64,000 nucleotides of DNA from Felis catus (Eukaryota). The stretch spans positions 2,606,001 through 2,670,000 of the forward strand of contig NC_058369.1 in NCBI RefSeq assembly GCF_018350175.1, given 5' to 3'. Positions 1-11,899 of the stretch are shown here, one piece after another. Numbering within the stretch: position 1 is the stretch's first letter; each line of letters opens with the position of its first letter. The position numbers were made by a program, and so were the translations under genes. Under the pieces are notes generated by a model. That model saw only the letters and a list, made by a program, of their open reading frames with translations, was not told the DNA's origin and made no database searches.

Positions 1-3000
1 CCCTGCCCCGCCCCCACGGACAAGCCGCAAACCCACTGAGGCCGGGAGCGAAGCCGCCTTCGGGGTCGCGGAGGCAGAGGGGCGGACGAGGCGCCTGTGT
101 GTCCCGGGGCCAGGGGCAGGGGTGGCCTTGGGGGCTGCTGAGCTCATCACCACGCGGGTCCAGGCCTCTCCCACCACACACCACCCACATCCATCCTGCA
201 GCCTGGCCCTGCCCCCACCTCCTCCGCGCTGAGCTGATAAAATTTTGAAGCGAGTTTTCTGCCGGAGTCAGCACAATCTCCAGCCGGCCCCCTCCCCCGC
301 TCGGCTCGGCAGGCAGGCAGGCCGGGCCTCCAGGCTTCCCCAGACACCCTCGTGTCCGGCGGCCATGCCTTTGCCGGCCAGCCCCGTCTGCCTCTTCGCT
401 CGAGGGCTGGGGAAGGTCAAGGCTCCCGTCATCCCCCTTTCCTCGTCTTTAAAATGGGAAGCTCCGAAATAGTTGACCGGTAGGAACCCTGGGCCCGCAT
501 GGTAAGTGCCCAGAGACGACCCCCCGCGGGGCGGGAAGAGGTGCCAGGCCCCCGGGGCCAGGGCTCCGCCGGCCACTCCTGTGACCCCCGCCACTATCCT
601 CATCGCGGTTCCGATTGGCCAACTCTGCCCCTTTGCCCCTGATGCTCCCTCTGCCCGAAGGTCTTTCGCGTACGGAAAACTCCTGCGTATGCTTCAAAAC
701 CCCAACTCCGAACTCCACTCTCTCTCTCTGCCGGGCATTTGCTTCTGAGCGCTTAGCGATTCTTTCCCGTTCTCTCAGCAGCCCTCCAAGGCAGGGATCA
801 CTGTGGTTCTCGCGTCGAGGATGAGGAAACAGAGGCCCCCAAAAAGGGACCTGCCTGCCCAAGGTCACGTGGTCGAGAAAGGGCAGAGGTGGGATTTGGA
901 TGTAGGCAGCTTCTTTGAAGACAGCCCGGCCCTTCCCCCTGGGTGGTGGGGGAGATAGAGGAAAGCTGCAGTGCGCAACTTGGGCATCCGGTCGGCGTGT
1001 TGGCACCCCCGGGCTGGGCCTGTGTTCTGGGCTCCCACCTCCAGGCCCCCCGTGCTCCTCCCGGACCCCAGCGAAATCTCTGTTCTTGGTCCCGCAGGTT
1101 GTCGGTCTGACGGCGGAGGCAGATGGCCGCCGGCCGCCCTCCTCCTTCCACTTTGGGGTCTCAGGGCTGGAAAGTGTTGTGGCCTGGGCCGCAGCACAGC
1201 AGCCCCTTCAACCGGGCCCGCGGGGAGCGTGCATGCCGGGGGGGGGGGATGGGGCACCTCGGAACAGACAGAAAGACCGAGAGACACACGCAGAGACAGT
1301 TGGAGGTCCAGACAGACAGACGGGCACAGAGGCCTGGCACTCTGTCCCCCTATCCTGGGACAGGCGCAGCCCCCCCCCCAGCTTCCGTGTCTCTCTTGGG
1401 GGGTCAGGTGGACTCACAGGGGTGCTCCCACCTTTATTATGGGGGACGAAGGGGTGGGGGTAAGCTCTGAGAAGGCCCTTTCACCACTGGGGCTCCCAGG
1501 CCGGTCAGAGCCTGGGGCACCTCCTGGGGTGAAATCTGGCTGCCCCAGTGTCCATCTGGGGCCACGGGGCCCTGACTCAGTGTGTGCCCTGGGGGCAGCT
1601 GGGGGGACCATGATGAGCGGGTGATGTGAGCTTCACCTGAGGACCCGGGGGGCTGCCCGCTGAATGGGTACACCGGGCAGGGGACCCGGAAGCTGGCAAT
1701 TCACGGTTCAGTGAATAAAAACAAAGCAGGGCAGGGTGTGGAGACGGGTGGGGAGGGGGGCACTGCAGGCCGAGGAGGGAGGGCGGCCCCAAAGAGGTGG
1801 CTTTTGAGATCGAGGCCTGAAGGAAGCAAGGGGGCCACAGAGGCATTTGTGGGAGTGCACCGGGCACGGGGGGCACAGCCAGTGCAAAGGCCCAGAGGCC
1901 AGCGTGGCCCGAAGCGTGAGGAGCGGAGCGCGGGAAGGCCTGGGAGGGGAGGAGACTGGCGGAGGCAGAGGCGGAGGCGAGGCCTTGCTGCGTGGCGGCT
2001 TCGTGGGGAGGGTGGTGGGGAGGCCAGGAAGGAGTTGGGGGGGGGGGAGCCCGGCACTCCTCCACCTGCCTTGCATTTGGGAGGGAGCCTGGAGGAACCG
2101 AGGCCCAGAGAGGGAAGCCGCCTGCCCAGCCCTGAAGCCCAGCCAGGCCTCCCCGCCCCCTCTGGCGGCCTGAGAAACCCGAGGCGCGGGCGGGCCCCGT
2201 GCCAGGGCCGGGCGGGGGAGGGGTTGCCAGGCCCGCCCGCTCCGGCAGCTGCCAGCCCGCCCCGAGCGGCCAGCCCAGATGGTGCCCATCTGCTGACGCG
2301 GGGCCGGCTCCTCGTTCCCGCCTTGTGTGGTGCCAACCTCCCGGGATGGCGCTGTGGGCAGGGGCCGGCTCGGGGAGCTTTGCAGCTGCTGGAGGGGCGC
2401 CCCGGGGCGGCCCAGGGAGCGGCAGGAGAATCGAGGGGGTCCCCAGCCCCTCCCGGGGGGAAGTGGGGAGCCGTGATAACCACAGAGGTAAAGCAGTGCG
2501 AGCACATACGGAGCGCCCGCTGCGGGCTGGGTCTCCGCTCATCCCACGTTTTCCCTCGATCGATTCTCGCCACCGCCCTGCTGGGGGGGTGCGGTTACCT
2601 TCTGGTAGGTCTCAGGCGAGGAAGCCGGCCCAGAGACCGTCAGCCACTCACCCGAGGTCACACAGCTCCTAAGAGGCAGAGCCGAGTTAGAACCTACAGG
2701 ATCCTGAGTGCCTGAAACCCCTAAAGGAAAAAAGCCCGCAAGGCGCTTCGGAGGTTGGCGGGTGGTACCCACACCCTCCCCGTTGTGCAGACGATAGAAA
2801 GAGGGGGAGCTTGAATGCACAGTGGATAAATGAACGACCAGCAGTGAACCGCACCGAAGGGCCTACCGGGACCAAGCCTGGGGGCCAGGGTCAACGCGCA
2901 CCCTGGGTTCAGACGGTCTGGAGCAAGGGGGCCCAGGGCAGCCGCGGGCCTGCCCCTGCTGTGCTGTGTGACCTAGCCCTCTCTGGTCGGGGGTTGTGGG

Positions 3001-3977
3001 GGACTGAAGGCAGGAAGGTGGGGCCTTGTGGGATACAGAGAGGAGCAGGCCAGGCCATGACTGAGGCTCCCCCTGCCTCCTCCGCCCCGTTAATCTCGGC
3101 CCAGCACGGGGCCCTTGGGAGACGAAAGGCGGGCAGGAGGGCGCGTGAGGGCACCCATTTGTCCGCCGTGACGTTCACAGTTGGCGCCCGGGCTTGCTTC
3201 AGGCCGCGCGAAGTGCATTCTCCTCTCGAGCCTTGGTTTTTCCATCTGTAAATGGGACGCCTAAAAATGGTGTCGGCCGCTTTGGGGACCAGAGTCAGCG
3301 ATCCCCCGGAAGCAGACGGGAGGCACCAGATAATCGCTCAGTCCTTTCCTGAACCCTCTCTCCAGCCCCAGGGGACAGTGGGAGAGACCCCCGGCCCGCT
3401 CTGAGACCCCGGGCCTCGTTCCGCCCGCCCCGCGAGCCAGGACGGGCTCTCTGCTGGCAGCTGGCGGCGTTGCCCCCTCCAGGTGTCTGGGTGGCGCAGG
3501 GGTGAGGGGCTCCGGGCAGCCCGGATTCCCCCAGGGCTGGGCGGCCAGGTGGACCGGCCGTCTGCCTGTGCAGGGAAGGTGGCCGCAGGGGTGGGAGGCC
3601 CAGACGCCAGCTGACGGCGTATTTATAGCTGTGGCAGGCCTCCAGGCTCCTGGTCAGCAGCAAAGAGATACCAGCAGGTGAGGGTTCCGCTCACACAGCA
3701 GGCCGGGAGCCCAAGGGGAGAGTTGGGACTCACTCTGTAGCCGGACGACCCAGGTTCAAATCACACGGCTCGTGCCTGTCGTGGCCTTCAGGAAAAGTTG
3801 ACATCACGGCCGCGGGCCTCGGTTTCCGTCCCTCTCAAATGGGCGTGATAAGAACGGTGCCCACCTTGCTGGGCCCCGTAGGCTCAACGTCACGGAGCGC
3901 CTGCCGAGGGCCGGAACGCGGGGCCCATGGGAAGCACCCAAAAATGATCTGTCGCCCCGAAAAAGTGAGGACATCCA

Positions 3978-4196
3978 GGAGCGCCTGGGTGGCTCGGTCC
4001 ATTAAGCATCCACCTTGGGCTGAGGCCATGATCTCGTGGTTCATGAGTTCGAGCCCCTCGTCGGGCTCTGTGCTGGTGGTGTGGACCCTGCTGGGGATTC
4101 TCTGTCTCTCCCTCTGTCTCTTGGTCCCTTCCCCACTTGCCTGTGCGCTCTCCCCCCCACCCCCCACCAAAATAAATAAACTTAAAAAAAAAAAAA
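3978..4196 (+). mobile_element. Can-SINE (feliform type) inserted into an L1M relic
   Basis: GCGCCTGGGTGGCTC head, GTTCGAGCCC B-box, CT-rich stretch, AATAAA and A-tail. Confidence 0.92.
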
Positions 4197-4545
4197 GGAC
4201 GTCCTCCCACCTGCCACCGCGTGGAGGGACCCGGAGGCCACTGTGTGCGGTGACAGAAGCCAGACACAGACAGACACGTCCTGCGTGACCCCACGCACAG
4301 GGGGTCCCCAGAGGAGTCCCGTCCACAGAGACAGAGAGCGGATGGTGGGAGCCGGGGCTGGGGCAGGGGGCAGGGAGTCCGTGCTTCCTGGGGACAGTCT
4401 CGGTCTGGGGAGATGGAAAGTTCTGGAGACGGATGGCGGGGGCGGCTGCACGACCGCATGTGTGTGCCTGAGGCCGCTGAGCTGTGTGTGCTTGGAAAGG
4501 GTTCAGATGGTGAATTTCGTGTTGTGTGTATTTTACCCCAATTGA
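4197..4545 (+). mobile_element. L1M (L1MB-like) 3' end relic, GC-shifted
   Basis: Colinear with the remembered L1MB 3' consensus (GAGACAGA..AG, GTTCTGGAGA.GGATGG, TATTTTACC). Confidence 0.7.
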
Positions 4546-5445
4546 AAGACTCGCTGTTGTTGTTAATAATAATAATAATAATAATAATAAGCAGAAGTGC
4601 GTCCTGTATGCATCAGCTGGTGGTAAAGGCTTCATAAAAATGACCACGGTACCATAAAATAGGGACTGTCAGCATCCCCGTGCTTGTGGTCCTGGCCCCA
4701 GCCCTGCCCTCCGACGGCCGGGCAAGTTAGCGCCCACCTTTGCGCCTGGGTTTCTTCCGCGGAGGGAGCTCAGAGAGTGTCCAATCTGTGACAAAGAAAC
4801 CTCGTAGCACGCGGCGGGCGCTCAGGAGGGGGACCCCGTTGGCGGGGAGGCGCTCCCCGTGCGGAGGGACCTTTCGCGCCCCTGTTGCCCGCCCCCCAGC
4901 AGTCCACCCCCACCGAGGCAGGGGTGAGGAGGCTGGCTCCCGGGGGGCCGCCCACCGAGTGCCCTGTCCCCACGGCGTCAGCGGGAGCGGGAGACATTGC
5001 GGTGCACCTGTGGTGGCCACCCCAGCATGGCGGCTGCAGTTGCCGCCTTGGCCCTCTGCCCAGCGAGCCGAGGGGAGGCTGAGGGCAGCTAGGGACATCT
5101 CTGGCCACCCCCCCCGCCCCCCGCCAGCCAGCTGCCAGGCCAGCCCCTCTTCCTCCAGCTGGGTGTGGGCAGGAAGTCACAGATGGCCAGAGCTGGTGAA
5201 GGATGAGGGAGGGGGCACACGGGGACACTGCACGTCTTGTCCAGATGGGGAAACTGAGGCCCAGAGAAAGGGGGGACGCTGCCCATGGTTGCCCAGCCAG
5301 TAGGGGCCCTTCCTCCGGTCTGTTCTGTCCCATCCTGTGCTCCAAGGGAAGACAGGTCAAGGCAGGGACGAGGGGGGTTCTAGGAATTCCCCAGGCCTGA
5401 GTTCTAGAATCTTCAGAGGGGTCTTTACTGTGTAGGCAGTTTGTC

Positions 5446-5668
5446 TTTTAATTTTTTCGAATGTTTATTTATTTTTGAGAGAGAGAGAAAGAAAGACAGA
5501 GCATGAGCGGAGGAGGAGCAGAGAGAGAGGGAGACACAGAATCCGAAACAGGCCCCAGGCCCTGAGCCATCAGCACAGAGCCCGACGCAGGGCTCGAACT
5601 CACGAACCGTGAGATCTCGACCTGAGCAGAAGCCGGACGCTCGATGGACTGAGCCACCCAGGCGCCCC
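5446..5668 (-). mobile_element. Can-SINE
   Basis: Reverse-oriented T-tail, GA-rich stretch and GAGCCACCCAGGCGCCCC. Confidence 0.93.
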
Positions 5669-5712
5669 CCGCCCCCGGGCAATTCTCTAGTTCTCCGAGG
5701 CCGGTTTCAGAA

Positions 5713-5990
5713 CAGCACCGTCCAGTAGAATACGGTGTGAGCCATGTAGATAATGTAACTTTTTTCTCTGGTCTCCGCTTGTAAAAGTCTAAACGTACAG
5801 GGAACGTGGGTTTTAACAACATATTCTGTTTCACCCGGGACAACCAAAATATTGTCATTTTGACACATAATCAGGACGGACAAGGTATTGAGATGGTTTA
5901 GTTACTCTGAATCTTCTCGGTCTTTGAAATTCACACCCTGATTCTGACCAGCCACGTTTCAGCCGCTCAGAGCCACACGTGGACCAGGCG
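5713..5990. mobile_element. MER33-like DNA transposon relic
   Basis: GTCCAGTAGAA, CCAAAATATTGTCATT and AGCCACGTTTCA..GCTCA.AGCCAC blocks resemble remembered MER33. Confidence 0.55.
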
Positions 5991-6068
5991 GGCAACTCGG
6001 CTCTAAGAGCATCTGAATTCTAGAGACTCTCAAGGCAGATCTCAAGTGCGCCCCAAGTTGGCTAAATA

Positions 6069-6255
6069 TTTTTAAGTTTATTTATTTCTGTGGAGCGGGG
6101 AGAGACTGAGGGACAGAGAGACAGAGAGAATCCCAGGCAGACTCCACGCTGTCAGCGTTACAGCCCAACGTGAGGCTTGGACCCCCCACCCTGAGAGCGT
6201 GACCTGAGCCGAAATCAAGATTCTGATGCTTCACCGACTGAGCCACCCAGACCCC
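6069..6255 (-). mobile_element. Can-SINE
   Basis: GAGAGAATCCCA...GACCTGAGCCGAAATCAAGA...GAGCCACCCAG. Confidence 0.88.
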
Positions 6256-7259
6256 CCCCCCGACATTCATCGAGGCTGTTATTTAACAGTCCAGGAAACT
6301 TTCCTGGAAACCCTCAAGCCGATCCCTTGATCTAGAATTCCTCACGCGTATTCCAGACCATCCAGGGGTGGGTTTCTGAGTATCTGGAAGCAAGATCCCA
6401 AATGTTTGACGATGGGTTTTTGCTTCCGGAGGGACAAGCTCCAGAATTCTACGACTTGAGTTCTAGGACCCCCGGGGCGGGTTCTGGCGTCTTCGAGGGG
6501 AGATGTTTTCAAGCATCTGGGAACAGATCTCACCTGATCTCAACCAGGGTTCTCAAGCATATGAGAATTCCAAACCCGTGAAATCTGTCAGTGCTTCTCC
6601 CAGCGTCGATTTCATCGACATCCAAGAAACCCTTGACGTACATTCTTGACCGTTGGTGGCAGGTTCCGGAATTCCTCACGCGGGGTGTTTTCATGCCCGA
6701 GGACGGGCTCTGGAGTTTTCTTGAGCTGGGTCCTAGAACTCCCAGGGGTAGGCTCTAGGATTCTCTTCGTCAGAAATGCAGAAAGCTCAGGTCAGTTGAG
6801 TACGTCTGTCCTGAGACCAGGTGACGGAACGGAATGTTTCAGAAACGATGCTTACGGAGGGCAGGAGGCAGATTTTGGTTTCTTTGAGGCTCCCCGCCCC
6901 GGACTGGCTGAGGCAGCGGCTGACTTCTTGGAGGCCCCGTTTCGTGGGGGTGAGAACCTGAAACCAGGTAGCCCTGGGAATAAGAATCAGGACTTCGTTT
7001 GATCCGCGGTAGATCGATGTCAGTCGCGGGGACATGGAACCCTGGATGCGTTTCCAGAGGCCGTTGCGGGCCGGGGGGCACCAGGACCGCTCCTACCCAC
7101 GGCCGGCAGGGTGCTTAGTAGGGCCTCGGGTGAAGGCAGCGGCTGTAGTTGGAGGCTGTGACGTCGGATGGGAGGCAGGGTTGCACGTCTGGGGCACTTG
7201 CGGCCGGCCTGGGGGCTCTTAGACTCCCGGCGGATGTGAGGGTCTGTCCGCCCCATTTC

Positions 7260-7400
7260 ACTTCATCCTAACCCCACCGAGGTAGCGACTGTCACGAACT
7301 GCATTTAGGAGTTAGGGAAATTGAGGCCCAGAGAGGTTAAAGCCACTGGCCTGAGGTCACATAGCCAAGAGCTAGCATCAGGACTCGAACTCAGGTCTGG
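7260..7400 (-). mobile_element. MIR relic (example; many more short MIR cores occur across the window)
   Basis: GAAATTGAGGCCCAGAGAGGTTAA...AGGTCACATAGC...GGACTCGAACTCAGG. Confidence 0.7.
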
Positions 7401-10400
7401 AAGATCTGAGGGCCCACCACGGTCCCCTGGGAAGGGGCCATCTGAGGCGTGTCGGGGACCTCCCCAGAATGTCCCGGGATCCGCCCTTTGGGATTACAGG
7501 ATTTGGGTGCTAGTGAGTGGACACCAGGTTCAGCTGGATCAAGGAGCACCTTTGGGGGCTGCCTCCTGGCTGGGGGTTGGGTCAGCCTCAAACGCCCGAT
7601 CCAGGAGAACCAGGGAGGAGGTGCAGCCAAGAGGCCAGGTGTCGGCTCTCTGTCTCTCTTTCTCTGTCTCTCTCCTAGTGCCTGTCTCTTACTCTGCCCA
7701 CCCCTAGTCCCTGCCTTTGCCAGTCTCCTCCCTGCCTCCCACCCAGGCCAGCCTGTGGGCTGCCCGGAGGTGGCAGCAGCAGCTGAATGGGCCCCTTGTT
7801 CCTGACCACACCCGCCCCTTGGGGTAACCCCGGGACAGGCCCTGGCCGCCTGCTGCCTTAAAGGGCCAGTGCCCAGGGAGAAGAGGAAGGAGAAAGGAAG
7901 AGGGGCCGCCTCCACCCCCAAGCCACACCCCTCCCAAGGAACTGAGCCTCCCGGGGGTGGGGGGAGGTGGGGAGGCTGTGGGGGGACTGCCACACCCAGA
8001 CACCCCCAAGCCCACGTAGTCAGACGGAGGGCCTGGGGCTGGGGAGGCCTGCCTGGCGAAGGAGACGGGGGCGCATGGTAGGGCTTGGGTTTGACCTTGG
8101 GCACATCCCTCCTCTCCGCACCTCAGTTTCCCCACCTGTTCCTGGGGCTCCTTGCGTCCGCCCTGGGGCCTGCTGGGCAGACGGAATAGAATCCGGGCCA
8201 GGGTTTGGCACACAGTGGGGCCACCACACAGCACCCGAGGCTCGCACATTCCCCCGCGGGCCGGCACGGCCGCTCCCTCGGGCCAGCCTGGGGCTTCACT
8301 GCAGGACGGGGCCACAGCGGCAGGCCCGTCCGCAGAATTAAAAGCCTTTTAGAGCGGGCCCGGTGCTGAGTTCAAGGCTGCATGTATTGAGTGCCAGCTG
8401 CACCCCAGGCCCTGTGCAGAAAGGTCGCGTTTGCAGCCCCATTGTACAGAGGAGTTGGGAGGTTCGGGCCCTGGCCGAGGCCGGACCCCAGCTGTCACCA
8501 GAGGCCTGTCACCTCCGCCCTCTGCCTGGGGCTGTGAAGCTTTAGGCAGCTCCCTCGGCCTCTCTGGGGCTCAGTCTCTCCGTCACTGTAATGGGAACAC
8601 CCCCATCCACTCGCAGACTGGAAGCCTTTCACTTTTCCGGGCACAGGATGCTGCCGGCCTCCCCCCCGGACAAGAGCCGACCCAGAGGCCCCTGCACGGG
8701 CCTTCACCTGGCGGCCACTCTGGGTGGCCTCGGCGTTCCTGTGCCCCAGGCCGGCCCCACAGACGGCCCGGGACAGGTTGCTGCCGGATGGACAAGCCTG
8801 TTCCCTGCTTCCTTATGTAACCAGGTTATGCAAGGGCAGCCGGCCTGCTTACATAAGGGGAGGCCGGGCCCGGCGCCCAGCTGGGGAGGGGGAAGATCTT
8901 AAAGGGGCCGGTGTCCCCTGAGTCTCCCCTCCGGGGCCCCGCGCCAACCCGCACGGGGGCACCCTTACGGACGGGGTGATGCTGTGCTAGTCATTGCCGG
9001 CCCGTCGGCATTACTATTACGGTTGTTGGGGTTGTTGACAGACACCCTGTTTGTTCCCAGTGGCAGTGGGCCAGCCGCGGGGGCCCAGAGGCCTGGCGTG
9101 GCCTGCTCTGCTTCTGACGCTTGCTTATTCCCTGCTCTCCCGGAGCCTCAGTTTCCCCATCTGTAAAGTCTGCTTGCCTCGTGGGGCCGCCGAGGGAGAC
9201 AAGAGTGAAGACCCACCAGGGGTCCGGGGCAGCACAGAACACGTCCGCACTCAGCACTCAGCCAGCGCAGTCCCTGTGTAGTCAGTAAATAGATTCAGTG
9301 CTCACTATGGGCTCTGGGTCCTGGGGACACGGCCGGGACACGAGACAGACGAAACCACGGCGCTCGGGGGGGAGGGGGGGGTTCCCGGTCGGGAGGAGCA
9401 ACAGACAAAGAACAAGTGGGAAACAGCAGTGGGTGATGAAGGCTGTCGAAAAAATAAGGGCAAAGGGATAGAGACAGCGGGCTATTCGGCGGGGTCTGTC
9501 GGAGGGCCTGACGTTCCAGCTGGGACCCGAAGGTTGAGGAGTTGCCAGCTGGGTGAACAAATGGGAGGAGAGCATTCCAGGTGGGAGAAACAGCCTGTGC
9601 AAAGGTCCTGGGGCAGCACCGGGCCTGGCGGTTTGAAGGAGCGGCGAGGGGGCCCGTGTGGGTGGAGCTGAGTGGGCAAAGGGGAGAGAGGGAGGAGGGG
9701 AGGGCAGAGAGGGGACGGGGATGGGGGCAGGTCCTGCAGGGCCCTGGAGGCCACTGGGCCTTTACCCTGGGGAGCTGGGAGCCCTGGGGGGGGGGGGGCG
9801 ACAGACACTGGTGGGAAAGTGAGGGGGTGATAGTTGAGGGACCCAGGCCACCGCATGGGTTCCGGAGAGGGAAGAATGGAGGCAGCCAGCCTGCAAGCCT
9901 GTTCCTAGGTGTGACAGTTCAGGGACCATCGTCAGCCTAGGCGGAGCGGGGCCGTGCGAGTCGATCGCCTGGGTCATAGGTCCCTCCGGCCCCCGGCCTG
10001 GGCATACGCAGGGGAGGGGGGCAGCGTTTCCCCCTTTCTTGTCTCCACACTCGCCAGGGGAGCTCAGGCCAGGACCTGCCCCGCTCTGCGCCTCAGTTTC
10101 CTCATCTGTGAAACGGGAGTGACAATCTGTAACAGTGGAGCGGGTTCAGTGAGCACCTGGCACGGGGCAGGCCCCTTTTCAGCGGTCAGCAGTCGTGAGG
10201 CAGGAGGTTCATAAGAAGGGAGAGAGCCCGCCGGCATGGGAGGCGTGCAAGTGGAAACCCGCAGTACTCACTGAGACGGGCCACCGGGCAGGTAACTGAC
10301 TGTGCCCTCTCCCAGGCCCTGTTTTGTTCCAATAAAATGGCACCCCCCTGGTGCCTGGCCAAATTCCACCGTGGCAGCTGGGGAAACAGACCCAGAGAGG

Positions 10401-11251
10401 ACAAGGGGCTAGCCTGGCGTCACAGCCAATCTGGGGCAAGGCCGGGGGGAGGCGCATCTCACCGTGTGGCTCCGGTGCCCCCGGAACAGATGGCCTGGCT
10501 CCAAGCCACTCACTATACCTCAGTTTCCAGATCTGCGAAATGGGCACACTGCTGGGATCAGTAGGAATTAAGCTGTGATTCTTATTATCTTCATACACTG
10601 TTCTCACGCCCCACAAGCCCCTTCGGTGCCTGGCAAACTCCTACTCATACATCAAGGCCCCAGCTCCAATATCCCCTCCCCCAGGAAGCCTTCCTGGGCC
10701 CCTAGGACAGATTCCAGTTACTTCCTTGGGCTTCTCCAGCCACAGGTCCCTCCCTCTGATATTCAGGCCCTGGAGCAGGTGAGGGACCTTCTCCAAGGAC
10801 CAGGGGGACCGAGATGGGCAACATTTGGGTGACATTCCACACCCTGCCTCGGGCCTGCTGTCGGAAATCCCTTGTGTCACCACTGATCAGAGTCTGTGTC
10901 CGCCTCAACCTGGTCTTTTCCTCTGGCTATCCCCCAATTTTCCCGACAGTCCTCAGACTCCTTTGACACGCATGTATTTTGCACCTTTTGTATGCCACGC
11001 CCTGTGAGGATAATCCCAGTCGTTTGTGCCTACAGTGTGCCAGCCCCTGCTGAATGATCATCACTCGTCTGCAAGCACCTATTGAGCGCCAGCTATGTGC
11101 GAGCGTGTATTGAGTACTGACTGCATGCCAGGCTCCAGGAAGAGAGGCCTCAGGAGGGCCAGGGGAGCAGAAAAGTCTCCCACTACCCCTCCCTTCAATT
11201 CAGGCTGGGGCCCTGGAGTTTCCAACCTCCTCCTGCAGTCGAGGCAGTGGG

Positions 11252-11458
11252 TTTATTTATTTTTTTAATTAACTTATTTTGAGACAGAGCGAGCGAGCGA
11301 GCACAAGCGGGGCAGGGGCAGAGAGAGCCAATCCCAGCGAGCTCTCTGATGTCGGCACAGAGCCCGATGCGGAGCTCGAACCCACGGACCGTGAGATCGT
11401 GACCTGAGCTAAAAAAAAAAAAAACCAAGAGGTGGGCGCTTAACTGGCCGGGCCACCG
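11252..11458 (-). mobile_element. Can-SINE with an expanded internal A-run
   Basis: SINE body flanked by AGGC(A/G)GTGGGTTTA target-site-like duplicates. Confidence 0.85.
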
Positions 11459-11899
11459 CAAGGCGGTGGGTTTAAAGCGGGGGCTCTGGAACCAGAGTAA
11501 CTGGGCTCTGAGCCGCCCGTGCGCTTAACAGCCGTGAGACTTGGGCCAAGCCCCTTCCTGCCTCTGGCCCTCAGTTTGCTCCTTCTGTGAAATGGGAGTG
11601 CTCAGATCTGAGGTGTTTGCACCTCAACACCCACTTTCTGCAGAAGGGGAGCCAGGGAGAGGGGCTGCGACGTTCCGTCACCCCCTTCCTTCCCGCCCCC
11701 CACCCACCCCAGCAAGGCTGGGATGGGACCCATCCTCCTGACCCCACTCCCTGGAGGCCCAGAGAGGGGCAGGGCTGGCCTGAGGCCGCACAGCTCCTGC
11801 AGGATTCTGCCCCGCTCTGGAGCCCTCCCTTCGTGCCCGCCTCCCTTGGCCAGGAAGTTCTCCCACCCCCCCCCCCCAAGAAGCATCAGAAACAGGGGG

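Noticed and set aside
1577..2715. Overlapping 265-334 aa ORFs on both strands
   Set aside because: Low-complexity Pro/Gly/Arg/Ala translations expected in very GC-rich DNA; no recognisable domain, and partly L2-derived.
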